Shown here: positions 1 to 9,165 of the stretch, one piece after another | Position numbering within the stretch: position 1 is the first letter of the stretch | Layout of the letters: each line of letters opens with the position of its first letter | DNA from: a candidate division WOR-3 bacterium | GTDB taxonomy: Bacteria > Hydrothermota > Hydrothermia > JBDRYB01 | NCBI GenBank assembly: GCA_039803205.1 | Contig: JBDRYB010000016.1 | Location: 1 to 42,049, forward strand | Direction: 5' to 3' | Length of the DNA: 42,049 nt | Position numbers and translations under genes: made by a program | Notes under the pieces: model-generated | Told to the model about the DNA's origin: nothing | The model's input: only the letters and a program-made list of their open reading frames with translations | The model's database searches: none

Positions 1-1438
1 CCCACCTCGTCCTGATATACATCCTCACCTCAGAGCCTATCTGGGTGCTGTCCCAGGCTATCCAGGAGAGCCTGGCCTCGGACTGGAGGAGGGGTTCTGA
101 GAATATGCCGGATTCATACCACTCTGTCGGGGAGCGGTCGTAGACATTGCCGGGCTCGCGGAAGGCCGCGTGATGATCGCGATCGGTAGGAAGCATGGTC
201 AATTTTTGGATGCTATCCTGGGTCCCCGTTATTTGAGCTCCCCAAAAAACGAAGGATGTGTCAGCATCAGCATATATTTCAGGCTTGCCGTCGTAATTCA
301 GATCCCCCACAAAGCCTCCAGCGTAGGTTTGAGGAATTCCGATCCTTGCGGTATCCTGAGGGTTGAAGTATGGCCATACTCCTGAATTGCGCCAGATTAA
401 AAGAGGAAGATTGGTACCATACCCTCTAAAAAAGACCAGGTCCAACCATCCGTCATCGTCAATATCATAAGCCGCACTTCCCCCAAAAGAGGTAGAAGTT
501 GCAAGCTTCACGGAATTGGCCGGATCAAACAGACCTCCGTTTGAGAAGTAGATAATTGATATCGCGCTTATAATCGCCCACCGGGAAACCACTATATCTA
601 GCCATCCGTCGTTGTTTAGATCGGCCAAGGTTATACCGTGCCAGTCAACACCTTGATTCAGAAAGATCTGAGAGGGATTATCCGTTAGATTCCTGGGCGT
701 ATTATCTCCCCATAGGATCAAAACTCCTCCGCTGTCCTTGCTTACTCCAGCTTTGGATATTGGGGTGACTATATCCAGGTATCCGTCCTTGTTTAGATCA
801 GCGACCTCAGGGTTGTGAGATATCCAGCCTCTTACTCCCCAACTGGAGAAATTGCTCGGAGAATATCCAGTTGAGCTACCCCAGAATATCTTTATACTAG
901 TTGTCGTAGTCTCGCATACAAAGATGAGGTCAAGGTAAGTATCCTTATCTATATCGTGGATGTAGAGGGCTTCACACTTAAGGGTTGGCAAATTGGTAAA
1001 GGTGTTAGGGTCTGGTCCCCCGGCAGCCTGGGAACCCCAGAAGACTCTAGAATTAGTTTCCGAAATAATAGCCCACCCGGAGCTTACCACAAACTCTGGC
1101 CATCCATCGAGATTCAGGTCAGCCATATCGCATCCACCAGCATACTGGTTTGGCAGCTGATAATCCCTATATAGGTTTTGTGAGTATCCGTCTGCGCTAC
1201 CAAACCATATTCGCGCCTTATAGCCTAAATAAGAGCTCGAGAACAGATCACAATACCCATCCCTGTTCGCGTCAAAGCGAGGAACGAACTCAACCGCGCC
1301 CGAGTCAGAGGGATTTGCTCCCTCAACCATCAATCTCCTTGAGACATAGAGGAGATCGCTATACCATCCATCCATAAAGTCCTGGGGCCTTGTCTCTGTC
1401 CAGGACCCCGCTACGAGAGCTACGCAAAGTTCAAGCAT
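1..1438 (-). CDS. FG-GAP/VCBS-repeat secreted beta-propeller protein (3' end runs off the window)
   Basis: Absent from the ORF track because it has no stop in the window. My translation from ATG 1438 (SD GGAGGTG upstream) begins MLELCVALVAGSWTET and stays open to position 1. It carries repeated Ca-binding motifs DANRDGYCD, DLNLDGWPE, DLNKDGYLD, DLNNDGWLD, DIDDDGWLD and DLNYDGKPE. Confidence 0.88.
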   Translation of the reverse strand, partial: MLELCVALVAGSWTETRPQDFMDGWYSDLLYVSRRLMVEGANPSDSGAVEFVPRFDANRDGYCDLFSSSYLGYKARIWFGSADGYSQNLYRDYQLPNQYAGGCDMADLNLDGWPEFVVSSGWAIISETNSRVFWGSQAAGGPDPNTFTNLPTLKCEALYIHDIDKDTYLDLIFVCETTTTSIKIFWGSSTGYSPSNFSSWGVRGWISHNPEVADLNKDGYLDIVTPISKAGVSKDSGGVLILWGDNTPRNLTDNPSQIFLNQGVDWHGITLADLNNDGWLDIVVSRWAIISAISIIYFSNGGLFDPANSVKLATSTSFGGSAAYDIDDDGWLDLVFFRGYGTNLPLLIWRNSGVWPYFNPQDTARIGIPQTYAGGFVGDLNYDGKPEIYADADTSFVFWGAQITGTQDSIQKLTMLPTDRDHHAAFREPGNVYDRSPTEWYESGIFSEPLLQSEARLSWIAWDSTQIGSEVRMYIRTRW

Positions 1439-1471
1439 GCTACACCTCCAAAAGGTTTCAGCTAGGGCTAT

Positions 1472-1505
1472 ATTATACGGAACGGACTGAAAGAAAACTG
1501 AAAGA
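1472..1505 (-). promoter_or_regulatory. -10 box with upstream 9-bp direct repeats (candidate activator site) for the FG-GAP gene
   Basis: The minus strand reads TCTTTCAGT-TT-TCTTTCAGT-N8-TATAAT. Repeats are at 1486-1494 and 1497-1505; the -10 is at 1472-1477. Confidence 0.65.
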
Positions 1506-1530
1506 GAATACGGATTTTTCTTTGTCCAGA

Positions 1531-1560
1531 TTGAATTAGGCCATACTTTTGCCTTAGAAT
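1531..1560 (+). promoter_or_regulatory. sigma70-like promoter of the TPR regulator (likely leaderless transcript)
   Basis: TTGAAT (1531-1536), 18-nt spacer, TAGAAT (1555-1560). GTG start follows 6 nt later with no SD. Confidence 0.55.
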
Positions 1561-1566
1561 ATCAGG

Positions 1567-3144
1567 GTGAAAACCGGAGAGAGGGTAGATTATGGCCTGA
1601 CGCTCATAAAAGAAGAGCGTTGGGATGAGGTTTCCGATTATATCCGGGCAACGAAACAGGATGATCCTTTGGCCTCGGAGCTCATTGAGGTCGCATTGTC
1701 CGTTTACAGGTATGCCTCACCGGATGCCATAAGAAAGGGCCGCAGGCTGCTTTCTAGGGTTTCCGATGCGCCTGAACTCGCAACCAGGCTCTTTAACTGG
1801 CTCGGCACAGCGCACAGGATGATGGGCGAGCTGGAAACAGCCGAGAACTACTTCCTGAGAGCCCTTGAGATAGACGAGGGCCTAGGCGAGATCAGGTTTA
1901 TTTCTGCAACGAAGCTAAATCTCCTTCTAAACAGGTTTTTCGCCGCGGACTACGCCTCTCTCCGCCAGGAACTCCCCGGATTCATCCGTTCCGCAACCCC
2001 CGCGAACGCGTATTGGGGCAGGTGCCTCCAGGTGATGCTGGATGTTTTCTCTGGAGACCTTTTAGCCGCGAGGAGAAACCTGAACGCCATCCTGAGAAAA
2101 TCCTCTGGCCTCTACCGTTACGGCGCTCGGGAGCTGGACGCGGCTCTCCTCAGGCTTGAGGGAAGGCTTGAGGATTCGGCGAATCTCTATCTGGAGCTTA
2201 CCGAGAATTTCCTGCGCTTTGAATCCCCATACGCTGGGATAACCTGCGCGAAGGCGCTTGAGATAATCAGACTTAAGGGATTTGGCCTCCCCTCATCGGG
2301 CCTCATCAAGAAGTGTCTGAGAACGGCTAAGAAAGGTTCTTGGGGAGAACAAGCCGCGGCTCGGGAAATAGAGGCCCTCTTGGAACCCGATGATGCGTCC
2401 GCGGCGGCCGGAGCCCTTGAATCCGCTGAGGGCTACAAAAGGGCATCTTTGCCCTGGGAAAGCTTCGTGGCCGGTCTCACATCCGCTTATCTTGCCTGGA
2501 CCTCTGACGCCCCGATATTTCCTAAGGCTCTCAGGTTCCTGGGTCCTCTGGCCCCTCTCTACCCTGGGATGAAACAAGACCCCATCTTCGGCGATTTCCT
2601 GAGGAAGGCTGAACCTCTCTTAGGAGCCTATGCCTCAGACCGAGGTGTTGCCAGGATAAAGGCTTGGCTGATTGAGGGGCCCAGGATATTAGTTGACCAA
2701 AAGGAGATACTGCTTGAGAAGTGGTATAACAAAAAGGCCGCGAGGGCTTTTCTTTATCTCCTCCTGTCGCCCAGACACAGAATACAAGCGGACCATCTCT
2801 TTTATCTCCTATGGCCCAGAAGGAAATTCAGCGCGAGGAACAAGGAGCTCCTCTATGTGGCCATTTACAACATACGCAAGGCAATTGGTGACCCTGGTCT
2901 TTTGACTAAACGGATGGACTATTACCAGTTGGAGGATGTTTGGACAGACCTTGATGAGATGGAGGAGCTCACGAGGCTTTCGGATGTGAATGGCGATGAA
3001 TCCAAGAGGGCTGAAATGATAGCGAGAGCCAGAGAGATTGCCAGGGGCGAGCTCCTTCCGGATATAATAGATGATAGGTATATTGAGGAATACAGGCTAC
3101 ATTTTGCACGGTTGAAAAAGAGGTTATCAGAGCTAAGACTTTAA
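1567..3144 (+). CDS. TPR-containing transcriptional regulator with C-terminal winged-helix/BTAD-like (SARP/AfsR-type) module
   Basis: TPR helix pair LFNWLGTAHRMMGELETAENYFLRALEI. The C-terminal W..KKAARAFLYLLL...DHLFYLLWP...LYVAIYNIRKAIG...VWTDLDE...ARGELLPDI matches the SARP wHTH plus start-of-BTAD pattern. Confidence 0.75.
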   Translation: MKTGERVDYGLTLIKEERWDEVSDYIRATKQDDPLASELIEVALSVYRYASPDAIRKGRRLLSRVSDAPELATRLFNWLGTAHRMMGELETAENYFLRALEIDEGLGEIRFISATKLNLLLNRFFAADYASLRQELPGFIRSATPANAYWGRCLQVMLDVFSGDLLAARRNLNAILRKSSGLYRYGARELDAALLRLEGRLEDSANLYLELTENFLRFESPYAGITCAKALEIIRLKGFGLPSSGLIKKCLRTAKKGSWGEQAAAREIEALLEPDDASAAAGALESAEGYKRASLPWESFVAGLTSAYLAWTSDAPIFPKALRFLGPLAPLYPGMKQDPIFGDFLRKAEPLLGAYASDRGVARIKAWLIEGPRILVDQKEILLEKWYNKKAARAFLYLLLSPRHRIQADHLFYLLWPRRKFSARNKELLYVAIYNIRKAIGDPGLLTKRMDYYQLEDVWTDLDEMEELTRLSDVNGDESKRAEMIARAREIARGELLPDIIDDRYIEEYRLHFARLKKRLSELRL

Positions 3145-3250
3145 TAACATGGCTCGCTCGCATTTAATAGCGAAAAAGATGTTGTTGCAAAACCTCAATC
3201 ACATAGCTTAAGCTTTGCACCTTGACTTTATCCTTTGTAAAGGAGGAACC

Positions 3251-4600
3251 ATGAAAAAAGCACTAGCAGTTGTAGGTCTGGCTCTGGGCCTGGCCTACGC
3301 GACGGAGACGAGGGTGATGACCATGGGAAACGAGCCCCAGTTCCTTCAGGACGAGTTCCTGGTGCTCTACTACCCCTCGGTCATAACCCAGGTGTCAAGC
3401 ATGTATCTCTTTGAGCTGGGCGATGTGACCCTGGCTCCGAGATACGCGGGAGTTTTCTGGACCGGAGGCGAGAAGGAGACCGGAAGGCAGGGACTCGGGC
3501 TTTATCTCAGGAGGAACACCCTCCTTGAAGGGGTTCCGCCCACTTATCCCCAACCAAAGATGGGTTTTGGCCTCATAGGGGGCAAGTCCTTTGGTTCCAT
3601 GTCATTCGGCGCAGGGGTCTATTACTCCCAGGAGGCTGACAAGGAAGAGCTTGATACCACATTCGCGACCGGCTTTGTTGATGACACGGCTAATGTGAAA
3701 ATCGCCGATGACTTCAAGACCTCAAACATGACCTTCATGCTCGGCGGGACCCTGAACTACGGAACAGGGAGCTTTGCTGATCTGTCTGTGGGCTACGCTA
3801 TGCACGGATACAACAGCACACACACCGAGGATGGGAAGCTGATATACATAGACCCGGACGACTCAACCCAGAGGTTAGACAAGTATTACTACAAGTCCTG
3901 GGAGGAATCAGACGGCGCCAGCTCCATGCTCTTCAGCCTGAGGGCCTTCCACTTCCTGAACGAGAAGTTCGCTCTCGTGCCCGCTTTTGGCTACAGAATG
4001 GACAACTACTCAACCGTTACTCCGGATGACACTTCATATGAGCACTGGGTCTTCCCCGACTCCTCGTGGAGCGACCCCTCTGACTCCAGGTTTAACCTTG
4101 AGAACAAGGGCACTATCATGGGTTTCGGTCTCGGCTTCAATATATATCCCACAGAGGGGATGACCATCATGGCCGGCATAGGCGGGAGCATGCTCAACTG
4201 GGATCATAACCTCAAGTATAAGCACGATACAGCCGCAACCGACAGCACATACACAGATACCCTTGAGAACACATCAGTCAAGAAGATAGCATTCGTGACC
4301 GGCGCCGAGGTCCCTGTTTTCACCTGGCTCTCCGTGAGGGGAGCGATGAAGAAGACCCTCGCTGGGAACATCGTCAAGACAACGACCCTTGATTATCACG
4401 ATGCGCGCCCGTCGGACAAGAGGACCGAGACAACCACCATTCCCGATGATTTCCAGTTCTGGGTTGGGCTAGGAATTCGTGTTGGCAGTTTCAGGCTTGA
4501 CGGAAACCTGGATCCCATGTTCCTCTACTACGGCTTTTACGGCCTTGGCGGAAACGCGAGCACGGGCTTCCTGAATGTCTCGGCCGCTTATCAGTTCTAG
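3251..4600 (+). CDS. outer-membrane beta-barrel protein (porin-like), function unknown
   Basis: Start moved to ATG 3251 after SD AGGAGG. Sec signal MKKALAVVGLALGLAYA, alternating amphipathic Gly/aromatic strands, C-terminal ...VSAAYQF (BAM-type terminal Phe), followed by a terminator. Confidence 0.75.
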   Translation: MKKALAVVGLALGLAYATETRVMTMGNEPQFLQDEFLVLYYPSVITQVSSMYLFELGDVTLAPRYAGVFWTGGEKETGRQGLGLYLRRNTLLEGVPPTYPQPKMGFGLIGGKSFGSMSFGAGVYYSQEADKEELDTTFATGFVDDTANVKIADDFKTSNMTFMLGGTLNYGTGSFADLSVGYAMHGYNSTHTEDGKLIYIDPDDSTQRLDKYYYKSWEESDGASSMLFSLRAFHFLNEKFALVPAFGYRMDNYSTVTPDDTSYEHWVFPDSSWSDPSDSRFNLENKGTIMGFGLGFNIYPTEGMTIMAGIGGSMLNWDHNLKYKHDTAATDSTYTDTLENTSVKKIAFVTGAEVPVFTWLSVRGAMKKTLAGNIVKTTTLDYHDARPSDKRTETTTIPDDFQFWVGLGIRVGSFRLDGNLDPMFLYYGFYGLGGNASTGFLNVSAAYQF

Positions 4601-4614
4601 CTGAATCCCTGAGA

Positions 4615-4650
4615 AAACAAGGCCCCCGGATAATCCGGGGGCCTTTTATT
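4615..4650. terminator. bidirectional intrinsic terminator
   Basis: Inverted repeat AAGGCCCCCGGAT-A-ATCCGGGGGCCTT (4619-4645) with an A-tract before and a T-tract after, lying between convergent genes. Confidence 0.85.
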
Positions 4651-4668
4651 CACTTCGGGGTTAACTCC

Positions 4669-7383
4669 TTATGCTTCGGTCTCCTGCCCCTCCGTGATAG
4701 CGGCCCTGGCAGCTGCTAGCCTCGCAACAGGCACCCTAAATGGGGAACACGAGACATAGTCCAGGCCTACACTGTGGCAGAAGGTAATGGAGTCGGGGTC
4801 TCCACCGTGCTCTCCGCATATCCCTATCTTTAGGTCAGGCCTAGTCTTTCTTCCTCTTTCAACCCCTATGCGCACCAGCTCCCCGATCCCAGGCTCTATG
4901 GATATGAAGGGATCAAACTTGAATATACCCTTGGCGATGTAGTCCTGAATGAACTTTCCGTAGTCATCCCTGGATATGCCGAATCCGGTCTGGGTTAGGT
5001 CGTTTGTGCCGAAGGAGAAGAATTCCGCGCCTTGTGCTATCTCGTCTGCCATCACCGCGGCCCGCGGGAGCTCAATCATGGTGCCGACCGAGTAATCAAC
5101 CCTAACCCCCTCTCTCTCAAAAACCTCTTCCGCAACCCTCCGGACTATGGCCTCTTGGTTCCTGAACTCGTTCAGGTTGCCCACTAGCGGGATCATGACC
5201 TCGGGCTTCACATCAATCCCCTCTTTCTTTACCGCGCACGCGGCCTCAAATATGGCCCTGGCCTGCATCTCCGTTATCTCAGGGTGGGTTATTCCTAACC
5301 TACAGCCCCTGTGCCCGAGCATGGGGTTTGCCTCGTGGAGCTCTTCAACCCTTGCTTTCACCCTCTCGTATTCCAGGCCGAGCTTCTCAGCTAGCTCGCG
5401 CTGGCCTCCCTCTGTGTTGGGCAGGAACTCGTGCAAGGGCGGGTCAAGCGTCCTTATGGTCACTGGCCTGCCCTTCATTACCCTGAATATGCCCTTGAAG
5501 TCCTCTCTCTGGAGGGGAAGAAGCTTGTCAAGCGCCCGTATTCTTTCGTCCTCTGTTTCCGCGAGGATCATCTCGCGCATGTGGTCTATGCGTTCCCCCT
5601 CAAAGAACATGTGCTCTGTCCTGCAAAGCCCTATCCCCTCAGCGCCGAAGGTTATGGCTGTCTCCGCCTCAGATGGCCTATCCGCGTTTGCCCTCACCCC
5701 AAGGCGCCTGAACCTATCAGCCAGTTCCATTATCCTCTTGAAACGCTTGTAGACAGGAGCCTCATCAGGGGGCCTGGTCTTGTGGATGAGGACCTCTATG
5801 ACCTCTGACGGCCTCGTGTCTATCTCTCCGAGGAAAACCTCACCTGTGGAGCCATCTATTGAGATCTGATCCCCTTCCTTTATTATCGTGTCCCCAACCC
5901 GAATCTGCCTATTTTTGTAATCTATCTCAAGCGCTGAGCACCCGACTATACAAGTCTTTCCTCTTTGTCTGGCAACGAGCGCGGCGTGGGAGGTCATTCC
6001 CCCTCTGGATGTGAGAATGCCCTCTGAGAGCTCCATTCCCTTTATGTCCTCAGGGGATGTCTCGGTCCTGACCAGGATGATCCTTCCCCAAAGGTTTCTC
6101 TTTTCCTCAACCTCATCAGAGAAGAAGCACACCCTCCCCGATGCCGCGCCTGGGCCTGCTGGGAGGCCGGTCGCGATGAGCCTCTTCTCCTCTTTGGCCT
6201 TCTTTTTTGCCCCTTCATCAAACACCGGCCTCAGGAGGGTTGTTATCTGGTCCGGCTCAATCCTCGTTATGGCTGTCCGTTCGTCAATTATCCCCTCCTC
6301 AAGCATGTCCAGAGCGATGTTCATGGCCGCGAGGCCTGTCCTCTTTCCGGCCCTCGTCTGCAGGATGTAGAGCTTCCCTCTCTCTATTGTGAATTCCAGG
6401 TCTTGCATGTCCTTGTAGTGGCGCTCAAGGATGTTCCTTATCCCTTCAAGCTGAGCGTATATGTCCGGCATGAGCTTGCGAAGCTCCTCTATCGGGACCG
6501 GCGTCCTCATCCCAGCAACCACATCCTCTCCCTGCGCGTTCATCAGAAACTCACCGTAAAGCTCGTTTTCGCCTGTTGCTGGGTTTCTGGTGAAGGCCAC
6601 GCCAGTGCCGGAGTCCGGGCCCATGTTGCCGAAGACCATGGTCTGCACATTCACCGCTGTGCCCCAATCGTCAGGAAGCTTGTATATCCGTCTGTATTCA
6701 ATAGCCCTCTCGTTCATCCAGGAGCGAAATACCGCGTTTATCGCCATCTCCAACTGCTCTTTCGGATCGGATGGAACATCTAGTCCAAGGGCCTTCTTTA
6801 TGGCGTAACGAGAACGAGCCGCTACCTCCATCAGCTCCTCAGCGGTGAGGTCAGTGTCCAGTTCCCTGCCATGCTCGTGCTTTACCTCCTCCATTATGGC
6901 GTCAAACGGGTCTGTCTCCCCCTTTTTGGGTTTGAGACCGAGAACCACATCCCCAAACATGGCAATGAACCGCCTGTAGCTGTCAGCCGCGAACCTCGGA
7001 TCCTGGAATATCTCGCCCATAGCCCTCGCTATCTCCTCATTTATGCCGAGATTGAGAACCGTGTCCATCATGCCCGGCATGGATGCCCTCGCGCCTGACC
7101 TCACGGAGACCAATAGAGGGTTATTCGGGTCACCGAAGCGTTTGCCCGTAACCTCCTCAAGCCTGGCCATCGCCTCATAGACCTGTTCCCGGAGCCCCTC
7201 TGGCCACTTGTTCCCGTGCTGGAAATAGTAAACGCAGGCCTCTGTGGTTATCGTGAAACCAGGGGGGACCGGCAGACCTATTCGACACATCTCGTGAAGC
7301 CCTGCCCCTTTTCCTCCGAGGAGCTCCCGCATCTCAGCGCTTCCTTCAGCCTGACCTTTGGCAAAGAAATAGACCCACTTCAT
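4669..7383 (-). CDS. ppdK: pyruvate, phosphate dikinase
   Basis: LLGGKGAGL, PLLVSVRSGA, catalytic GGMTSHAA, GIGLCRTEHMF, FFSFGTNDLTQ, CGEHGGDP. Start is ATG 7383 or TTG 7389. Confidence 0.97.
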   Translation of the reverse strand: MKWVYFFAKGQAEGSAEMRELLGGKGAGLHEMCRIGLPVPPGFTITTEACVYYFQHGNKWPEGLREQVYEAMARLEEVTGKRFGDPNNPLLVSVRSGARASMPGMMDTVLNLGINEEIARAMGEIFQDPRFAADSYRRFIAMFGDVVLGLKPKKGETDPFDAIMEEVKHEHGRELDTDLTAEELMEVAARSRYAIKKALGLDVPSDPKEQLEMAINAVFRSWMNERAIEYRRIYKLPDDWGTAVNVQTMVFGNMGPDSGTGVAFTRNPATGENELYGEFLMNAQGEDVVAGMRTPVPIEELRKLMPDIYAQLEGIRNILERHYKDMQDLEFTIERGKLYILQTRAGKRTGLAAMNIALDMLEEGIIDERTAITRIEPDQITTLLRPVFDEGAKKKAKEEKRLIATGLPAGPGAASGRVCFFSDEVEEKRNLWGRIILVRTETSPEDIKGMELSEGILTSRGGMTSHAALVARQRGKTCIVGCSALEIDYKNRQIRVGDTIIKEGDQISIDGSTGEVFLGEIDTRPSEVIEVLIHKTRPPDEAPVYKRFKRIMELADRFRRLGVRANADRPSEAETAITFGAEGIGLCRTEHMFFEGERIDHMREMILAETEDERIRALDKLLPLQREDFKGIFRVMKGRPVTIRTLDPPLHEFLPNTEGGQRELAEKLGLEYERVKARVEELHEANPMLGHRGCRLGITHPEITEMQARAIFEAACAVKKEGIDVKPEVMIPLVGNLNEFRNQEAIVRRVAEEVFEREGVRVDYSVGTMIELPRAAVMADEIAQGAEFFSFGTNDLTQTGFGISRDDYGKFIQDYIAKGIFKFDPFISIEPGIGELVRIGVERGRKTRPDLKIGICGEHGGDPDSITFCHSVGLDYVSCSPFRVPVARLAAARAAITEGQETEA

Positions 7384-7418
7384 AACCAAAACGAGATTTT
7401 TAGAAAATCCCTATATCC

Positions 7419-8135
7419 CTACCTTTGTTCACGCGCATAATCTAAAGCTTGCGGTAAATCTCGTTCAAGTTCGCGCTTGCTCGCTATAACCAAAAACTGG
7501 TTGGCGATTAGGGGATGCGCGTGAGGCTCAAGCATCTCGCACAACCACCGCGCTAGGTTCTTGCAAAGCCTCTCGGCCGGCCTCGGCAGAGGGTTCATGT
7601 CAAAGAAGATGACCCTCCGGACATCAAAACCGGTTCCCGCGAGAAGCTCCCTAACCTCCGGAGCGGTCGGGTGCCAGCGAACCGGCCTTCCGGGCCCCTT
7701 CGCGAGGGCCGCCTTGATGCACGAGGAGACCGGCAGATAAACCTCTTTGTCCCAGACCCTCCTGACGGATAGACGGTTCGGAAAGCTCCCAAACAACAGC
7801 CCCTCTTTCTTCAAGACCCGGTGGGCCTCGTGCAGTGCCTCGGGCAAAAGACTGTATTCAAGCGTCCCGGCCGCTATCACCACATCAAAGGCCTCATCTT
7901 TGAACGGCAGGCTCTCATTCAGGCCGCACACCCTCGGGTATGTTCCTTGGCTGAGGACCGACCTGTTCGCGTCAAGAGCGATTACCCTTCCTCTAAGCTC
8001 CGGGAACACTCCGGGGCCAGAACCAAGCTCAAGGACAAGCCCTTGGCTCGGAATGTTCTTTAGGATGAGGGCCTTTCTTATCGGATAGAACCTGTATAGA
8101 ATGGATTTTCTCTCATATCTCTCAACCCAGTTCAT
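7419..8135 (-). CDS. class I SAM-dependent methyltransferase (Methyltransf_11-like)
   Basis: VLELGSGPG motif I, ESLPFKDEAFDVV, RVLKKEG. Confidence 0.88.
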   Translation of the reverse strand: MNWVERYERKSILYRFYPIRKALILKNIPSQGLVLELGSGPGVFPELRGRVIALDANRSVLSQGTYPRVCGLNESLPFKDEAFDVVIAAGTLEYSLLPEALHEAHRVLKKEGLLFGSFPNRLSVRRVWDKEVYLPVSSCIKAALAKGPGRPVRWHPTAPEVRELLAGTGFDVRRVIFFDMNPLPRPAERLCKNLARWLCEMLEPHAHPLIANQFLVIASKRELERDLPQALDYAREQR

Positions 8136-9165
8136 GGTATATCATCTCATATGCCCGGGCCACACGGGTTATATCGTAATCCATGGCGCGCCTTCTTAGG
8201 CTCTCCCCCATATACCGGGCCTCATCGGGCTCTCGCATGTAATAGAGAACCCTCTCGCGCATTTCGGTCACATCAGAGACGATCAGTTCCGGGTAGCCCT
8301 CAAGGAGCTCACAAACCCCTCCACCATCAGAAAAGCAAAGCACGGGGACCCCCAGGGCCATGGCCTCAAGAGCGGAAAGGCCGAAGGGTTCCCCTTGCCC
8401 TGGCATGATCATGAGATCGGCTGCGGCAAGGTAATCAAACGGGTTCTCAACGAGGCCAAGGTGGATCGCCCACGAGGGTAGAGGTAGCCTCTGAGAGCCA
8501 TCACCTATTACCAGGAGCCTCGTTCCAGTGTTCTCAAGGGATTGGATCATCCTGTCAAGTCTTTTCATGCGAGCGAGTCTCCCCAGATAGGCGACGACGA
8601 AATCCCCATGAGACAACCCCAGGCATTCCCTGACCTCCTCCCGTGGCCTTTTCGGTTTTATCTCGGATATGAACTCGCCAACCGGGATCACCATGGCCTC
8701 AGCGCCGTATATCTCCTCGATCTTCCCGGCCGTGAACCTTGAATTCGCCACAACAACAACCCTGTTGTCCGAGAGGAACCTTTTCTTTGACCTGACCTTC
8801 AATATCCTCTTCAGCCGCGTTCTTTCCTGGTCAAACATCCCGTGCTCCGTGAAGACGATCCTGGACTTGGTTTTCAAGGCTATCCTTGCAAGCTCTGGGT
8901 GGAAGTAGTGAAAGTGAAGGACATCAAAGCCCCCGAAGATCCTCTCAGCCATTTTCAGTCTGAGGGGGTTGGTTGGCCATCCCCTCTTTATCCTCAGGTC
9001 ATAAGCGAGCCAGGCCTGGGCCTGTGCTCTTTCCCAAAGAGGCCCCTCAGCTCGCCCAAATGCGAGGGCGGGGTCAAGGGTCTCTTTCTGCGCGATGAAT
9101 AGTTGTTCGGTGAATCTCGCTATGCCACCCGTGTGTCCGGAGTATAGGATGTGAAGCACCCTCAT
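8122..9165 (-). CDS. glycosyltransferase family 4 (GT-B)
   Basis: Start moved to ATG 9165 (SD GGAGGTG, ATGA overlap with the upstream stop). MRVLHI..GG, YLGRL..K, EPFGLSALEAMALGVP (EX7E motif). Confidence 0.92.
   Translation of the reverse strand: MRVLHILYSGHTGGIARFTEQLFIAQKETLDPALAFGRAEGPLWERAQAQAWLAYDLRIKRGWPTNPLRLKMAERIFGGFDVLHFHYFHPELARIALKTKSRIVFTEHGMFDQERTRLKRILKVRSKKRFLSDNRVVVVANSRFTAGKIEEIYGAEAMVIPVGEFISEIKPKRPREEVRECLGLSHGDFVVAYLGRLARMKRLDRMIQSLENTGTRLLVIGDGSQRLPLPSWAIHLGLVENPFDYLAAADLMIMPGQGEPFGLSALEAMALGVPVLCFSDGGGVCELLEGYPELIVSDVTEMRERVLYYMREPDEARYMGESLRRRAMDYDITRVARAYEMIYHELG

Noticed and set aside
961..1030. Suspected frameshift in the FG-GAP gene at the C-run near 1017-1021
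   Set aside because: Careful translation keeps the frame open (AAGGPDPNTF).
170..1377. Three short + strand ORFs in the ORF track
   Set aside because: They are shadows of the long minus-strand FG-GAP gene.
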